Below are positions 11,939 through 23,197 of a stretch of DNA of 62,125 bases, in pieces. The notes under the pieces are model-generated. The model saw nothing but the letters and a program-made list of their open reading frames with translations. It made no database searches and was not told the DNA's origin. The DNA is taken from assembly GCA_016779125.1 (NCBI GenBank), contig JADHOF010000002.1, positions 1 to 62,125 of the forward strand. Reading direction: 5' to 3'. The stretch is from Verrucomicrobiia bacterium. Its GTDB lineage: Bacteria > Verrucomicrobiota > Verrucomicrobiia > Limisphaerales > JAYPXF01. Made by a program: the position numbers and the translations under genes. Within the stretch, counting starts at the first letter, position 1; each line of letters starts with the position of its first letter.

Positions 11939-12136
11939 TCACATTGAAACGGTCAGCTTGGGACGCTCCCCTTTGCGCCCGGAAAGCCGGGTCCGATGGC
12001 CCTGTTCGGCACGGGCACCGCACCCGCAAGCGCCACCGGCTCCCAATTTCGGCCGTCGGGACACCTGCCAACCGCGGAGCATAAGCCCGCATGTCAGTGC
12101 CACGATCGAAAGAGCCGCGATTTGCTGCCAATCCAC
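11939..12136 (-). CDS. small membrane protein resembling FeoB-associated Cys-rich peptides
   Basis: 65 aa: MDWQQIAALSIVALTCGLML (TM span), then a basic stretch and GAGGACGCG. It lies 19 nt upstream of hsp20 on the same strand. The C-terminal tail is longer than I would expect for that family. Confidence 0.4.
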   Translation of the reverse strand: MDWQQIAALSIVALTCGLMLRGWQVSRRPKLGAGGACGCGARAEQGHRTRLSGRKGERPKLTVSM

Positions 12137-12188
12137 GCCCGCAAGCTAGGCCATCGAATCATCGGGGTAAAACGCAATTTTGACCGCG

Positions 12189-12224
12189 CAGTGTGACAGC
12201 CCCCTGTGTCACACCGTCACACTG
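12189..12224. promoter_or_regulatory. nested perfect inverted repeats in the hsp20 / dnaK divergent intergenic region (candidate operator)
   Basis: GTGTGACA (12191-12198) and TGTCACAC (12207-12214) are exact reverse complements 8 nt apart. CAGTGTGA (12189-12196) and TCACACTG (12217-12224) form a second exact pair. A TTGACC hexamer sits at 12180-12185. Confidence 0.3.
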
Positions 12225-12386
12225 TCTCGCCCTTCAGCCCGCCGTTGTCCCGCTTCGCCCGCTCTCCTATTCAACTCTTTTCTCCGTATTCACCAACAAA
12301 TCCACCATTCCATGAACATTTCCGGCCTCTGGCACGAACATTGCCTCAGGGTTGGCGACAGACCGCGCAAGAATCAACTTTACGGC

Positions 12387-14321
12387 ATGGCTAAAATACT
12401 TGGCATCGACTTGGGAACCACGAACTCGTGTATGTGCGTCATGGACGGCGGCGAGCCCATGGTTCTGGAAAACTCCGAAGGCAAACGCACCACCCCGTCC
12501 GTGGTCGCATTCACAAAGGACGGCGAACGTCTGGTGGGTGAGGCCGCGAAACGCCAGGCGGTCACCAATCCGAGAAACACCGTCTTCTCCATCAAACGCT
12601 TCATGGGACGGAAGTTTGACGAGATCGGCGAAGAGGCCAAATTGGTGCCCTACAAGGTCGTAAAAGCCAAGAATGGCGACGCTTGGGTCGAAGTTGAAGT
12701 CGGCGGCGAAACCAAGCAATACAGTCCGCAGGAAGTCTCCGCGATGATCTTGGCGAAACTGAAGGCCGACGCTGAAACCCGCCTTGGCGAAACCATCACG
12801 CAGGCGGTCATCACGGTCCCCGCCTACTACAACGACTCCCAGCGCCAAGCCACCAAAGACGCCGGCAAGATCGCCGGCCTCGAGGTCATGCGCATCATCA
12901 ACGAGCCCACCGCCGCCTCGCTCGCCTACGGCCTCGACAAGAAGACTGACGAGAAAATCGCAGTCTACGACCTCGGCGGCGGCACCTTCGATATCTCCGT
13001 TCTCGAGATCGGCGACGGCGTCTTCGAGGTGAAGGCCACCAACGGCGACACCCACTTGGGGGGTGACGACTGGGACAACGCGCTGATGAACCACATCCTC
13101 GACGAGTTCAAGCGCGACAACAACATGGACCTCCGGAACCAGCCGGACGCCATCCAGCGTATCAAGGAAGAGGCCGAAAAGGCGAAGATCGCCCTCTCCA
13201 GCTCACAGCAATACGACATCAATCTCCCCTTCATCACCGCCGACGCGTCGGGACCGAAGCACATCGCCGTCAAGCTCACCCGCGCCAAGATGGAGCAGCT
13301 TTGCGACAAGCTCTTCGAGCGCACCATCGGACCGGTCAAGGCATGCCTCAAGGACGCCGGAGTCAGCACCGACCAGGTGAACGAACTCGTCCTCGTCGGC
13401 GGCATGACCCGCATGCCCCGCGTCGTCGAAACCGCTCGCACCTTGGTCAACAAGACACCGCACCAGGGCGTGAATCCCGACGAAGTAGTCGCGATCGGCG
13501 CAGCCATTCAGGGCGGCGTGCTTCAGGGCGATGTCAAAGACGTGCTCCTCCTGGACGTCACCCCGCTCTCTCTGGGCATCGAGACCCTCGGCGGCGTGTT
13601 CACCCGTCTGATTGAGCGCAACACCACCGTCCCGACCCGCAAATCGGAAATCTTCTCCACCGCCTCCGACAGCCAGCCGGCGGTCGAAGTCCACGTGCTC
13701 CAAGGCGAACGCCAGTTCTCCAAGGACAACAAGACCATCGGACGCTTCCATCTCACCGACATCCCACCCGCCCCGCGCGGAGTGCCCCAGATCGAGGTCA
13801 CCTTCGACATCGACGCCAACGGCATCCTGCATGTAAGCGCGAAGGACCTCGGCACCAGCAAGGAACAGAAGATCACCATCACCGCCAGCAGCGGGCTGTC
13901 CAAGGACGAGGTCGAGAAGATGCGCCGTGACGCCGAAGAACACGCGGACGAAGACAAGGCGAAGCGCGAGGAAATCGAGCTGCGCAACGAAGTCGACAGC
14001 GCCGTCTACCGCTCCGAAAAACTCTTGAAGGACAACGCGGACAAGATCGGCGAAGACGACAAGAAGAAGATCGAAGACGCCGTCAAACAAGCGCGCGAAG
14101 CCCTTGAGGGAGCCGATTCCGAAAAGATCAAAACCGCCCGCGACAATCTGAACGAGGCCTGGCAGGGCGCTTCCGAACTCCTCTACAAGGCCGCCCAGGA
14201 AGAAGCCGCCAAACAGCAGGCCCCGGGGGCGGATTCAGGGTCCGCACCGGAATCCGGTTCAAACGACGACGGCGAGGGGCCGGTCATCGACGCCGAAGTC
14301 GTGGAAGACGACAAGAAATGA
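12387..14321 (+). CDS. dnaK: molecular chaperone DnaK (Hsp70)
   Basis: Track ORF 12180-14321 trimmed to the ATG at 12387 ([18 protein letters not shown]..). Hsp70 signatures [12 protein letters not shown] and [10 protein letters not shown], plus an acidic C-terminus. Confidence 0.96.
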   Translation: MAKILGIDLGTTNSCMCVMDGGEPMVLENSEGKRTTPSVVAFTKDGERLVGEAAKRQAVTNPRNTVFSIKRFMGRKFDEIGEEAKLVPYKVVKAKNGDAWVEVEVGGETKQYSPQEVSAMILAKLKADAETRLGETITQAVITVPAYYNDSQRQATKDAGKIAGLEVMRIINEPTAASLAYGLDKKTDEKIAVYDLGGGTFDISVLEIGDGVFEVKATNGDTHLGGDDWDNALMNHILDEFKRDNNMDLRNQPDAIQRIKEEAEKAKIALSSSQQYDINLPFITADASGPKHIAVKLTRAKMEQLCDKLFERTIGPVKACLKDAGVSTDQVNELVLVGGMTRMPRVVETARTLVNKTPHQGVNPDEVVAIGAAIQGGVLQGDVKDVLLLDVTPLSLGIETLGGVFTRLIERNTTVPTRKSEIFSTASDSQPAVEVHVLQGERQFSKDNKTIGRFHLTDIPPAPRGVPQIEVTFDIDANGILHVSAKDLGTSKEQKITITASSGLSKDEVEKMRRDAEEHADEDKAKREEIELRNEVDSAVYRSEKLLKDNADKIGEDDKKKIEDAVKQAREALEGADSEKIKTARDNLNEAWQGASELLYKAAQEEAAKQQAPGADSGSAPESGSNDDGEGPVIDAEVVEDDKK

Positions 14322-14426
14322 TTCTCGCGCAGTAAGCCGAATAATTACGGCGATTTTCCGGGAACGGGTGTTCTTGGAAGATCCAATCAACCGAAAACAC
14401 AAACACACACAGAACAAACACAAAGT

Positions 14427-14720
14427 ATGGCACTGAAAGTCAAACCACTCGGAGATCGCGTTCTCGTTGAAGCGGTCGAAGAGAAAGAGCAGAAAAAGGG
14501 CGGCATCATCATCCCCGACGCCCACAAGGAAAAGCCGCAGGAAAGCAAAGTCGTTGCCCTAGGCACCGGCAAAAAGGACGACGACGGCAAAGTTATCGCC
14601 TTCGACGTCAAGGTCGGCGACACGGTCCTCACCTCCAAATACGGCGGCACCGACATCAAGATCGACGGCAAGGAATACAAGATCCTGAACTCGGACGACA
14701 TCCTCGCGGTCATCGGCTAA
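14427..14720 (+). CDS. groES: co-chaperonin GroES
   Basis: 97 aa: [31 protein letters not shown]... The gene sits directly upstream of groEL. Confidence 0.95.
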   Translation: MALKVKPLGDRVLVEAVEEKEQKKGGIIIPDAHKEKPQESKVVALGTGKKDDDGKVIAFDVKVGDTVLTSKYGGTDIKIDGKEYKILNSDDILAVIG

Positions 14721-14752
14721 ACCTGCACATTCCCCTTAACCTGAGAAATTAA

Positions 14753-16393
<1,641 letters not shown>

Positions 16394-16421
16394 TTCCCCG
16401 TTCAATCTGAACACTCACAAA

Positions 16422-16450
16422 GCGGGACCGGAAACGGTCCCGCTTTTTTT
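16422..16450 (+). terminator. rho-independent terminator after groEL
   Basis: GCGGGACCG-GAAA-CGGTCCCGC hairpin (16422-16443) followed by seven T (16444-16450). Confidence 0.8.
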
Positions 16451-16453
16451 ACG

Positions 16454-17662
16454 TCATACAGTGTCCGGCCATCGCCACGTCGCGTGATTCAAAACGTTCG
16501 ACCCTTGGTCGGCCAATTCCGTCCGCCCCAACACTTTACCAAGCCGCATCTGCCTGTAGTCGGACGCTCTTCCAAGCGCCTCGATCAGCCTTTCGGAATG
16601 GGTCACCACCCAGACCTGCGACCGTGTCGACGCCTCCGCGATCAAGCGGGCAAGCGCCGGCAGCAGCGCCGGATGCAGACTGTTCTCGGGCTCGTTCAAA
16701 ACCATCAGGGACGGAGGCTCAGGCGTCAGCAACGCGGCGATCCACAGCAGATAGCGGAGTGTGCCATCTGACAGCTCGCCGGCCGAAAGCGGCCGCAACA
16801 GACCGTGCTGACAGAAACGCAGCGCGAAGTGCCCGCTGGACTGCGGCTCGACAAACACCTCAGCTCCGGGAAACGCGTCGGCGATCGCGGCATTCAACGC
16901 CACCCCATCCCCGCACTCTCGAATGGTCTGGAGTGCCGCCGGAAGGTCCCGCCCATCGGCATGCAAGACCGGAGTTCGGGTCCCCACGTTCGCCATCCGC
17001 GCCGGGGCCGCCGCGTCGCTTCGAAATTGATCATAGAATCGCCAGCTGCGAATCGTTTCCCTCAGCAGATAGGCTTCAGGGACGACGTCAGGATCGGCCA
17101 CGCGTGTGAACAGGCTTTCGAATCGGCTCAGGTCTCCTGCCAAATTCCGCCAACCTCTTCCGTCGTCGCGACAGCGCACCCGCGCGCCGTCGCGGTCCAC
17201 CAACATTCAGGACGGATTGAATTGATCCCCGACCCAGATCACTTCCCGCTTGATCTCGGGATCCAACGCAAACATCGAATCACCCGGCGTCGGCAACCCG
17301 AATGAAATCGAATAGCCAAACTGCGTCCCGCCAAATCCGAGGCGCAGACGCTTCCGCCGTTTCCGGGGCCCACCCTGAACCGCGTCCCGTCCCTGAAGCA
17401 TGTTTCTGGTAATCACCTCGGGACCGGCCCAGAACGCGGAATGCAATCCACCTTCTCTGGCCAAAGAATCCACGACCCCACCGGACGCCGTCGCGGCCAA
17501 CAGTCGCAAGGCCTTGTAGAGGTTTGACTTCCCTGTCCCGTTGGCTCCGGAGATCACGTTCAATGAATCCAGCGGTGATACAAATTGCAGCAAAGATCGA
17601 TAATTCCCGGCGGCAATTTTCGTCAAGCGTTGCGGCTCCGACATCAGGTTCAACAAATCCAT
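16454..17662 (-). pseudogene. AAA/ABC-like ATPase (COG4637/AAA_21-like) interrupted by one in-frame TGA that is immediately followed by ATG
   Basis: ORF 17207-17662 carries Walker A (SGANGTGKSNLYKAL). ORF 16454-17206, in the same frame, carries the signature and Walker B regions (LSDGTLRYL..PSLMVLNEPENSLHP..VVTHS). The junction reads ..CAA TTC AAT CCG TCC TGA ATG TTG GTG GAC.. The combined length is ~402 codons, typical of single-chain family members. Confidence 0.65.
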
Positions 17663-17766
17663 CCACGATTATTTGCCGGCCGCCGTGGACAGCCGCGGTC
17701 CTCCCCCTGCCGGAGACCTCCGTTAAGAAGGCTGGATTCGTGGACGGTTCGGCGCAATATCCACGA

Positions 17767-19188
17767 ATGAAGCCCGTTCTCTTTCTGGTCGGCGCGCTCG
17801 CGCTCGCAACCCCACACTTCGCCAAGGCGGCATCTCTACGAGCCGGCGCGGCGGAGTCCGACATCACGCCCAAGCTGTTCCCCGTCAACATGCCGGGCGG
17901 ATTCAACGCGAACATGGCCACCAATGCCCACGATCCGCTACATGCGCGGGCACTCGTCCTGGACAACGGGAAAACCCGCCTCGCCATGGTCGTCGTCGAT
18001 ACCCTCAGCGGCTCGCCGGAGGCCTACGACGAGGCGCGCGCAATTGCTGCGGCAAAGACCGGGATCGCGACGAACCGCATGCTGATCAGCGCGACGCACG
18101 CGCACTCGGCCGTCCGCTCAAACACCAAGGAAGGCCCCGCGCCCGAGGTCGCCTACCGCAAGGTTTTCATCGACGGCATTGCGGACGCCATCATTCGGGC
18201 CCACGCCGCCCTCCAACCCGCATCCGTCGGCTTCGCGGCCCATCCTCTCCCGGACGAGGTCTTCAATCGCCGGTGGTATCTCAAACCTGGCAAAATGCCC
18301 CTGAATCCCTTCGGGAAACTCGACGCCGTGAAGATGAATCCGGGCCGCAGCCCCGACGTACTCGACCGGCCCGCAGCGCCCACGGATCCCGACATCACGG
18401 TGATTTCCTTGCAGAACAAGAAGCGCCGGCCGTTGGCCCTGTTCGCCAACTACTCGCTCCACTACGTGGGTGCCACACCCCGGGGACAGGTCTCCGCAGA
18501 CTACTACGGAGAGTTTTCCCGTCTCATGCCCTGGCGCTTGAACGCGGACAAGGATTTCGTGGCCATGATGTCCAACGGCACCTCCGGCGACATCAACAAC
18601 ATCCCCTTCAACGTCATCCGTCCGCCCCGCGAACCCTTCGAGCAAATCCGTATTGTCGCGAGAAAGGCCGCTGATACCGCCTGGACCGCGCAACAAAAAA
18701 TCCGTACCCACCTTTCGGACGTTCCGTTGGAGATGATCGAGCGCGAGATCGAACTCGACTACCGGCATCCCTCCGCGAAGGAAATTGCCGACGCGCAATC
18801 CATTCTCGCTGAAAAAGACAAGGACAAGATTGCCGCGTTTCCCAGGCTCTCCCAAGCCTACGCGAGCCGCACGCTCGCGGCGGCGAAGAACCCGAAGTCA
18901 CTAACCGTAAAACTCCACGCGATCCGTATTGGCGACCTCGGTATTTGCGCCATTCCCTTCGAAACCCTGGTCGAGATCGGCCTCGACCTCAAAAAGCGCA
19001 GCCCCTTTCCGCAGACAATGGTCATCGGCTTGGCGAACGGCCGCCACGGCTATCTCCCCACACCCGAGCAACACAAGCTCGGCGGATACGAAACCTGGCT
19101 CGGCACCTGTCATGTCGCGGAAGACTCCTCCGTCATCATCACCCGACATCTGCTAGAAATGCTGAACGATCTGAAGAGCCGGCGATAG
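17767..19188 (+). CDS. exported neutral/alkaline ceramidase-like hydrolase family protein
   Basis: Trimmed to the ATG at 17767 (MKPVLFLVGALALATPHFAKA signal peptide). LRAGAAESDITP..HDPLHARALVLDNGKTRLAMVVVDTLS matches the N-terminal pattern of the bacterial ceramidase_alk-like family. Confidence 0.7.
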   Translation: MKPVLFLVGALALATPHFAKAASLRAGAAESDITPKLFPVNMPGGFNANMATNAHDPLHARALVLDNGKTRLAMVVVDTLSGSPEAYDEARAIAAAKTGIATNRMLISATHAHSAVRSNTKEGPAPEVAYRKVFIDGIADAIIRAHAALQPASVGFAAHPLPDEVFNRRWYLKPGKMPLNPFGKLDAVKMNPGRSPDVLDRPAAPTDPDITVISLQNKKRRPLALFANYSLHYVGATPRGQVSADYYGEFSRLMPWRLNADKDFVAMMSNGTSGDINNIPFNVIRPPREPFEQIRIVARKAADTAWTAQQKIRTHLSDVPLEMIEREIELDYRHPSAKEIADAQSILAEKDKDKIAAFPRLSQAYASRTLAAAKNPKSLTVKLHAIRIGDLGICAIPFETLVEIGLDLKKRSPFPQTMVIGLANGRHGYLPTPEQHKLGGYETWLGTCHVAEDSSVIITRHLLEMLNDLKSRR

Positions 19189-19203
19189 ATCGCCCCGTGC
19201 ACT

Positions 19204-19890
19204 TCAGTCCATCGGGCCGAGATCCACGCCGTCCCGTGTGATCACAGCCATCTGCCGGGTGCCTCCGAAAATTTTTTCACCGGCCGACGCCTGCCGTTCG
19301 GCGGCGATTTCGTAGAGCCTTTTCACAAGGGCCATCGAATACTCCACGGGCGACGCCATGATTTTGCCCGCGCTGAACTCGTCGTCGATCGGCCTGCCCA
19401 GAAACTCGCGCAGGTGTTTCAATCCGCCGCCGCCGATCACCAGTTCCTTGTGCGGCATCATCGCGGTCCGGACCCGGTTGTTCCCCGAATGCTGCCAGAC
19501 AAGCTCAGTGATTTCCGGATTGGCCGTGCAGGGCCAGAAGCCCGCGAACCACAGCCCGAACAGATTGCCGGCGGGCGAACTCTTCAAGGTCTGGCTGACG
19601 CTCGAATCCAGCCGCGTTACCGCCCGCGCCATCGCCACATTCAATCCTCGGGCCCATGCACTGGCCTGCACTTTTTGAAACACCGGGTTGGTCAACACCG
19701 ATCCGACCTTCACCGCGCCCAGCTCGTTTTGGCCGTGGTGCGCGATCACGCACGGTCGATCTCCGATTTGAAAGAGTTTCTTCAGATCCCCGTTCTCGAG
19801 CGTCGTTCCCTTGTCCGATGTGCGCAGCGAGAAACCGTCGGTCATCAGAACGACAAAATCCTTCCCTCGGGCGCCAAGCAGCAATGACAT
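19204..19890 (-). CDS. hypothetical protein, possible HslV/proteasome-beta-like Ntn-hydrolase fold
   Basis: 228 aa. By eye, the N-terminus M-SLLLGARGKDFVVLMTDG aligns with HslV TTIVSVRRNGHVVIAGDG, ..LKKLFQIGDRPCVIAHHG aligns with KKVRRLYNDKVIAGFAG, and LVIGGGGLKHL aligns with LIAIGSGGPYA. The fold assignment is tentative. Confidence 0.6.
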   Translation of the reverse strand: MSLLLGARGKDFVVLMTDGFSLRTSDKGTTLENGDLKKLFQIGDRPCVIAHHGQNELGAVKVGSVLTNPVFQKVQASAWARGLNVAMARAVTRLDSSVSQTLKSSPAGNLFGLWFAGFWPCTANPEITELVWQHSGNNRVRTAMMPHKELVIGGGGLKHLREFLGRPIDDEFSAGKIMASPVEYSMALVKRLYEIAAERQASAGEKIFGGTRQMAVITRDGVDLGPMD

Positions 19891-19983
19891 GAGGGCATCC
19901 TGTTCATGCCGGGATGAGGGCGAAAATCAAAATCGACGCGCGCGCATCACGTCCCCCAATCTCGATCAACCGCCTTCACTCTC

Positions 19984-21600
19984 ATGAACCGCCCCATCCT
20001 GTCCCTCCTGATGCTGGCCGGCAGCCTGTCCGCCGGCCAACCGCTGTCGCTTTCCCTCCAAACCCGCAACGCCGTCGGAGCCACACAATCCGTCGCCGAA
20101 CTTTGGGAGCCGACGCGGACGGCGATCATCGTCTGCGACATGTGGGACCTGCACCACTGCCGAAACGCGGTGATTCGCGAGGGAGAGATGGCCCCGCGCA
20201 TGAATCAGGTTCTGGCGAAAGCCCGCGCCTCAGGAGTGCTCATCATCCACGCCCCGAGCAGTTGCACCGAATTCTACGAGGGCACGCCCGCGCGCCTGAG
20301 GGCAATCTCAGCGCCGCCGGCCGGCCGGTTGCCGGACAAGATCGGCGCTTGGTGCAGCCAAATCCCCGCCGAGGAACGGGCCGTCTATCCCTTGGACCAG
20401 TCCGACGGCGGAGAGGACGACTCCCCCGACGAACACGCCGCATGGGCGGCCGAGTTGAATTCACGCGGACTCAATCCCCGCCAGCCGTGGACCCGGCAGA
20501 TCGACCTTCTCCATATTGATCAATCCCAAGACGTCATCAGCGACTCCGGCATCGAGATTTGGAACGTGCTCGAAGCGCGGGGCATTCGAAACGTCATCCT
20601 CATGGGCGTCCATCTGAACATGTGCGTTTCAGGACGCCCTTTCGGCCTGCGCCAGATGGCCAGAAACGGCAAGCACGTCGTGTTGATGCGCGACCTCACG
20701 GACTCGATGTACAACCCGAATCGCTGGCCTTTCGTCAGTCACGTTCGCGGCACGGAGCTGTTCGTCGAGCACGTGGAAAAGCACATCTGCCCGACCATCA
20801 CCTCCGACCAGTTGATCGGCGGCAGCCCGTTCCGTTTCAGCGACGCCACCGCCGGACCGAATCGACTGCGCATCCTGCTGCTCGGCGACAGCACCACCGA
20901 GGCGAAGTTCCCCAAGCTGCTCTCTCCCGACGAGCCGCAGCTCGAAGACCTCGTGCGAATCCGACTGGCCGGCGAAACCAATCTCCCGCCTGTCGATGTC
21001 GTGAACCTTGGACTCAGCGGAGACACGATCCGACGCCTGCTGGATTCCGGACGCTACGAGCGGCTGGTGGCCGGGCATTCGTCGGCCGACTATGTTTTCA
21101 TCCGGTACGGCATCAACGACCATGCGAAGCGCGAAGACTTCGAAATCAATTTTCCGAAGGATTTCCACGAACTCATCGCCCGTCTGCGCCGGGATCATCC
21201 GGGGGCGACCCTGATCCCCACGACGGTCATTCCATTCTCAAACCAGGAAACCAGCGCGCGAATCAACCGCCTTGTCCGGCTCATCGCGAACAAGGAAAAG
21301 CTGCCGCTCTTCGACATTTATCCGGCCTATGAATCGGCCCTCAAGAACGGCCCCAACATGCTCAACTACCGCCGCTATTCATTGTCAAAAGTGCCGGAAC
21401 AGCTGCGGCACATCGCCAACCCCCACGTCCACACCGGCAAGGATCCGCAGATCGTCGTGCTCGACAACCGGCTCGACCCGCACTTTGGCCATCTGCCCGG
21501 TTGGTATTCGGACCGACATCCCAACCTCGCCGGCTACCACGTAATCGCCGCCGAAACGGCCCGATTCCTGGCACCCATGCTCGCTTCAAAAAATCCGTAA
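19984..21600 (+). CDS. exported fusion: isochorismatase-like cysteine-hydrolase domain plus SGNH/GDSL hydrolase domain
   Basis: Signal peptide MNRPILSLLMLAGSLSAG. N-terminal half: IIVCDMWDLHHCRNAV..VLIIHAPS..NVILMGVHLNMCV. C-terminal half: ILLLGDSTTE (GDS block), LGLSGDT, YGINDH. Confidence 0.75.
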   Translation: MNRPILSLLMLAGSLSAGQPLSLSLQTRNAVGATQSVAELWEPTRTAIIVCDMWDLHHCRNAVIREGEMAPRMNQVLAKARASGVLIIHAPSSCTEFYEGTPARLRAISAPPAGRLPDKIGAWCSQIPAEERAVYPLDQSDGGEDDSPDEHAAWAAELNSRGLNPRQPWTRQIDLLHIDQSQDVISDSGIEIWNVLEARGIRNVILMGVHLNMCVSGRPFGLRQMARNGKHVVLMRDLTDSMYNPNRWPFVSHVRGTELFVEHVEKHICPTITSDQLIGGSPFRFSDATAGPNRLRILLLGDSTTEAKFPKLLSPDEPQLEDLVRIRLAGETNLPPVDVVNLGLSGDTIRRLLDSGRYERLVAGHSSADYVFIRYGINDHAKREDFEINFPKDFHELIARLRRDHPGATLIPTTVIPFSNQETSARINRLVRLIANKEKLPLFDIYPAYESALKNGPNMLNYRRYSLSKVPEQLRHIANPHVHTGKDPQIVVLDNRLDPHFGHLPGWYSDRHPNLAGYHVIAAETARFLAPMLASKNP

Positions 21601-21653
21601 CGGCCGGGCATTCCGGATAGGATTCGATCAGACGTTCGGCTACCTTCCCGATC

Positions 21654-23195
21654 ATGAATCCCACTTTGATCCGCCCCGCGCGTGTCGCGGCGTACCTGGC
21701 AATCCTCCTGATTGCCGCAGGCCCGCTTCAATCCGCGCCGAAGCCGAACGTCGTCGTGTTTCTGGTCGATGACATGGGCGTCATGGACACCTCCCTTCCC
21801 TTCCTGACAGACGCGTCTGGCCAGCCAAAAACCTATCCGCTGAACGAATATTACCGCACACCGAACATGGAGCGGCTGGCGATACGCGGCGTCCGCTTCA
21901 ACAACTTCAGCGCGATGAGCGTCTGCTCGCCGACGCGGGTGTCGATTCTCACAGGACAAAACGCCGCCCGGCATCGCGTCACAAATTGGATCAACCCGGA
22001 GAAGGACAACGCCGGTCCGCAAGGCCCGCCCGATTGGAATTGGCGAGGCCTAAAAAAGACCGACGTCACACTGCCCCGTCTGCTCCAGTCGAACGGCTAC
22101 CGCACGATCCACGTCGGCAAGGCGCACTTCGGCCCCACCGAATTCCCGGGCAGCGAACCGCTCAATCTCGGCTTCGACATCAATGTCGGAGGCACCTCGA
22201 TCGGAGCCCCCGGCAGCTACTACGGACAGGAAAACTATGATCGCCCCGGCAAGGGAAAATTGCGCGCCGTGCCTCACCTGGAGAAATACCACGGCAGCGA
22301 CACCTTCCTTACCGAGGCGTTGACCATTGAGGCCAAGTCCCATGTTTCAGAGTCCGTCAAAGCCGGGAAACCCTTCTTCCTCTACTTCGCGCATTACGCC
22401 GTGCACGCCCCCTTCAATTCGGATCCCCGCTTCGCCGCGCACTACGAGAACTCCGACAAACCCAAACCCGCCCAGGCCTTCGCGACCTTGATCGAGGGAA
22501 TGGACAAATCGCTCGGCGACGTGCTGGACCATCTCGACGCACTGGAAGTGGCCGACAACACGGTCATCTTCTTCCTCGGCGACAACGGTTCCGACGCGCC
22601 GCTCGGCCACGAGCATGCGGTCGCCTGCGCCGCACCGTTGCGCGGCAAGAAAGGCTCCCACTACGAGGGCGGCATGCGCGTGCCGTTTATCGCCGCATGG
22701 GCCAAGGCGAACCCCGCGAGTCCGGCACAGAAGCGCCTGCCGATCGCCGCCGGAGCGATCCAGCCGCAGATGGCCGCCGTCTACGACCTCTATCCGACGA
22801 TCCTCGGACTCACGGGCGTCAAGTCTCCGAAATCACAGATCCTTGACGGCTCGCGACTCGACACCCTGCTGACCGCCCGGCCCGATTCCCGCCGGGAGGA
22901 ATCCTTCCTCATGCACTACCCGCACGCGCCGCATCGCACCCACTACTTCACGGCCTACCGCGAGGCGAACTGGAAAGTCATCTACCACTACTTCCCGACC
23001 GAGGTTTCCAAGGGCTCCCACTACCAGCTCTTCAATCTGGAAATCGACCCGTTCGAACAGAACGACCTTTCCGAAACCGAACCCGCTCAGCTCCGCAGGT
23101 TGATGGCAAAACTCACGAGCGGTTTGAAGAAACAGAAGGCGCTCTATCCGATCGACAAAACCACGGGCAAGCCGGTCCCGCCCGAGATGCCGTAG
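21654..23195 (+). CDS. exported formylglycine-dependent sulfatase
   Basis: Signal peptide. PNVVVFLVDDMG, and the CSPTRVSILTG (C-x-P-x-R) formylglycine motif. Confidence 0.9.
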   Translation: MNPTLIRPARVAAYLAILLIAAGPLQSAPKPNVVVFLVDDMGVMDTSLPFLTDASGQPKTYPLNEYYRTPNMERLAIRGVRFNNFSAMSVCSPTRVSILTGQNAARHRVTNWINPEKDNAGPQGPPDWNWRGLKKTDVTLPRLLQSNGYRTIHVGKAHFGPTEFPGSEPLNLGFDINVGGTSIGAPGSYYGQENYDRPGKGKLRAVPHLEKYHGSDTFLTEALTIEAKSHVSESVKAGKPFFLYFAHYAVHAPFNSDPRFAAHYENSDKPKPAQAFATLIEGMDKSLGDVLDHLDALEVADNTVIFFLGDNGSDAPLGHEHAVACAAPLRGKKGSHYEGGMRVPFIAAWAKANPASPAQKRLPIAAGAIQPQMAAVYDLYPTILGLTGVKSPKSQILDGSRLDTLLTARPDSRREESFLMHYPHAPHRTHYFTAYREANWKVIYHYFPTEVSKGSHYQLFNLEIDPFEQNDLSETEPAQLRRLMAKLTSGLKKQKALYPIDKTTGKPVPPEMP

Positions 23196-23197
23196 CG

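Noticed and set aside
12180-12386. 69-codon extension upstream of dnaK in the track ORF
   Set aside because: Hsp70 proteins start at M(A/G)K(I/V)IGIDLGTT, and the ATG at 12387 gives exactly that. The extension covers the promoter and palindrome region.
12267-14090. Long antisense ORFs opposite dnaK (12267-13094, 13203-14090, and others)
   Set aside because: Antisense open frames in hsp70 genes are a well-known consequence of codon bias and have caused spurious annotations in the past. Nothing here (starts, motifs) supports expression.
17207-17209. The in-frame TGA of the split ATPase as selenocysteine or a reassigned codon
   Set aside because: Other well-supported genes in the window terminate at TGA (e.g. 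dnaK at 14319-14321 and lon at 9100-9102). I see no SECIS-like hairpin immediately downstream, and a Sec at this position of an ATPase has no precedent known to me.
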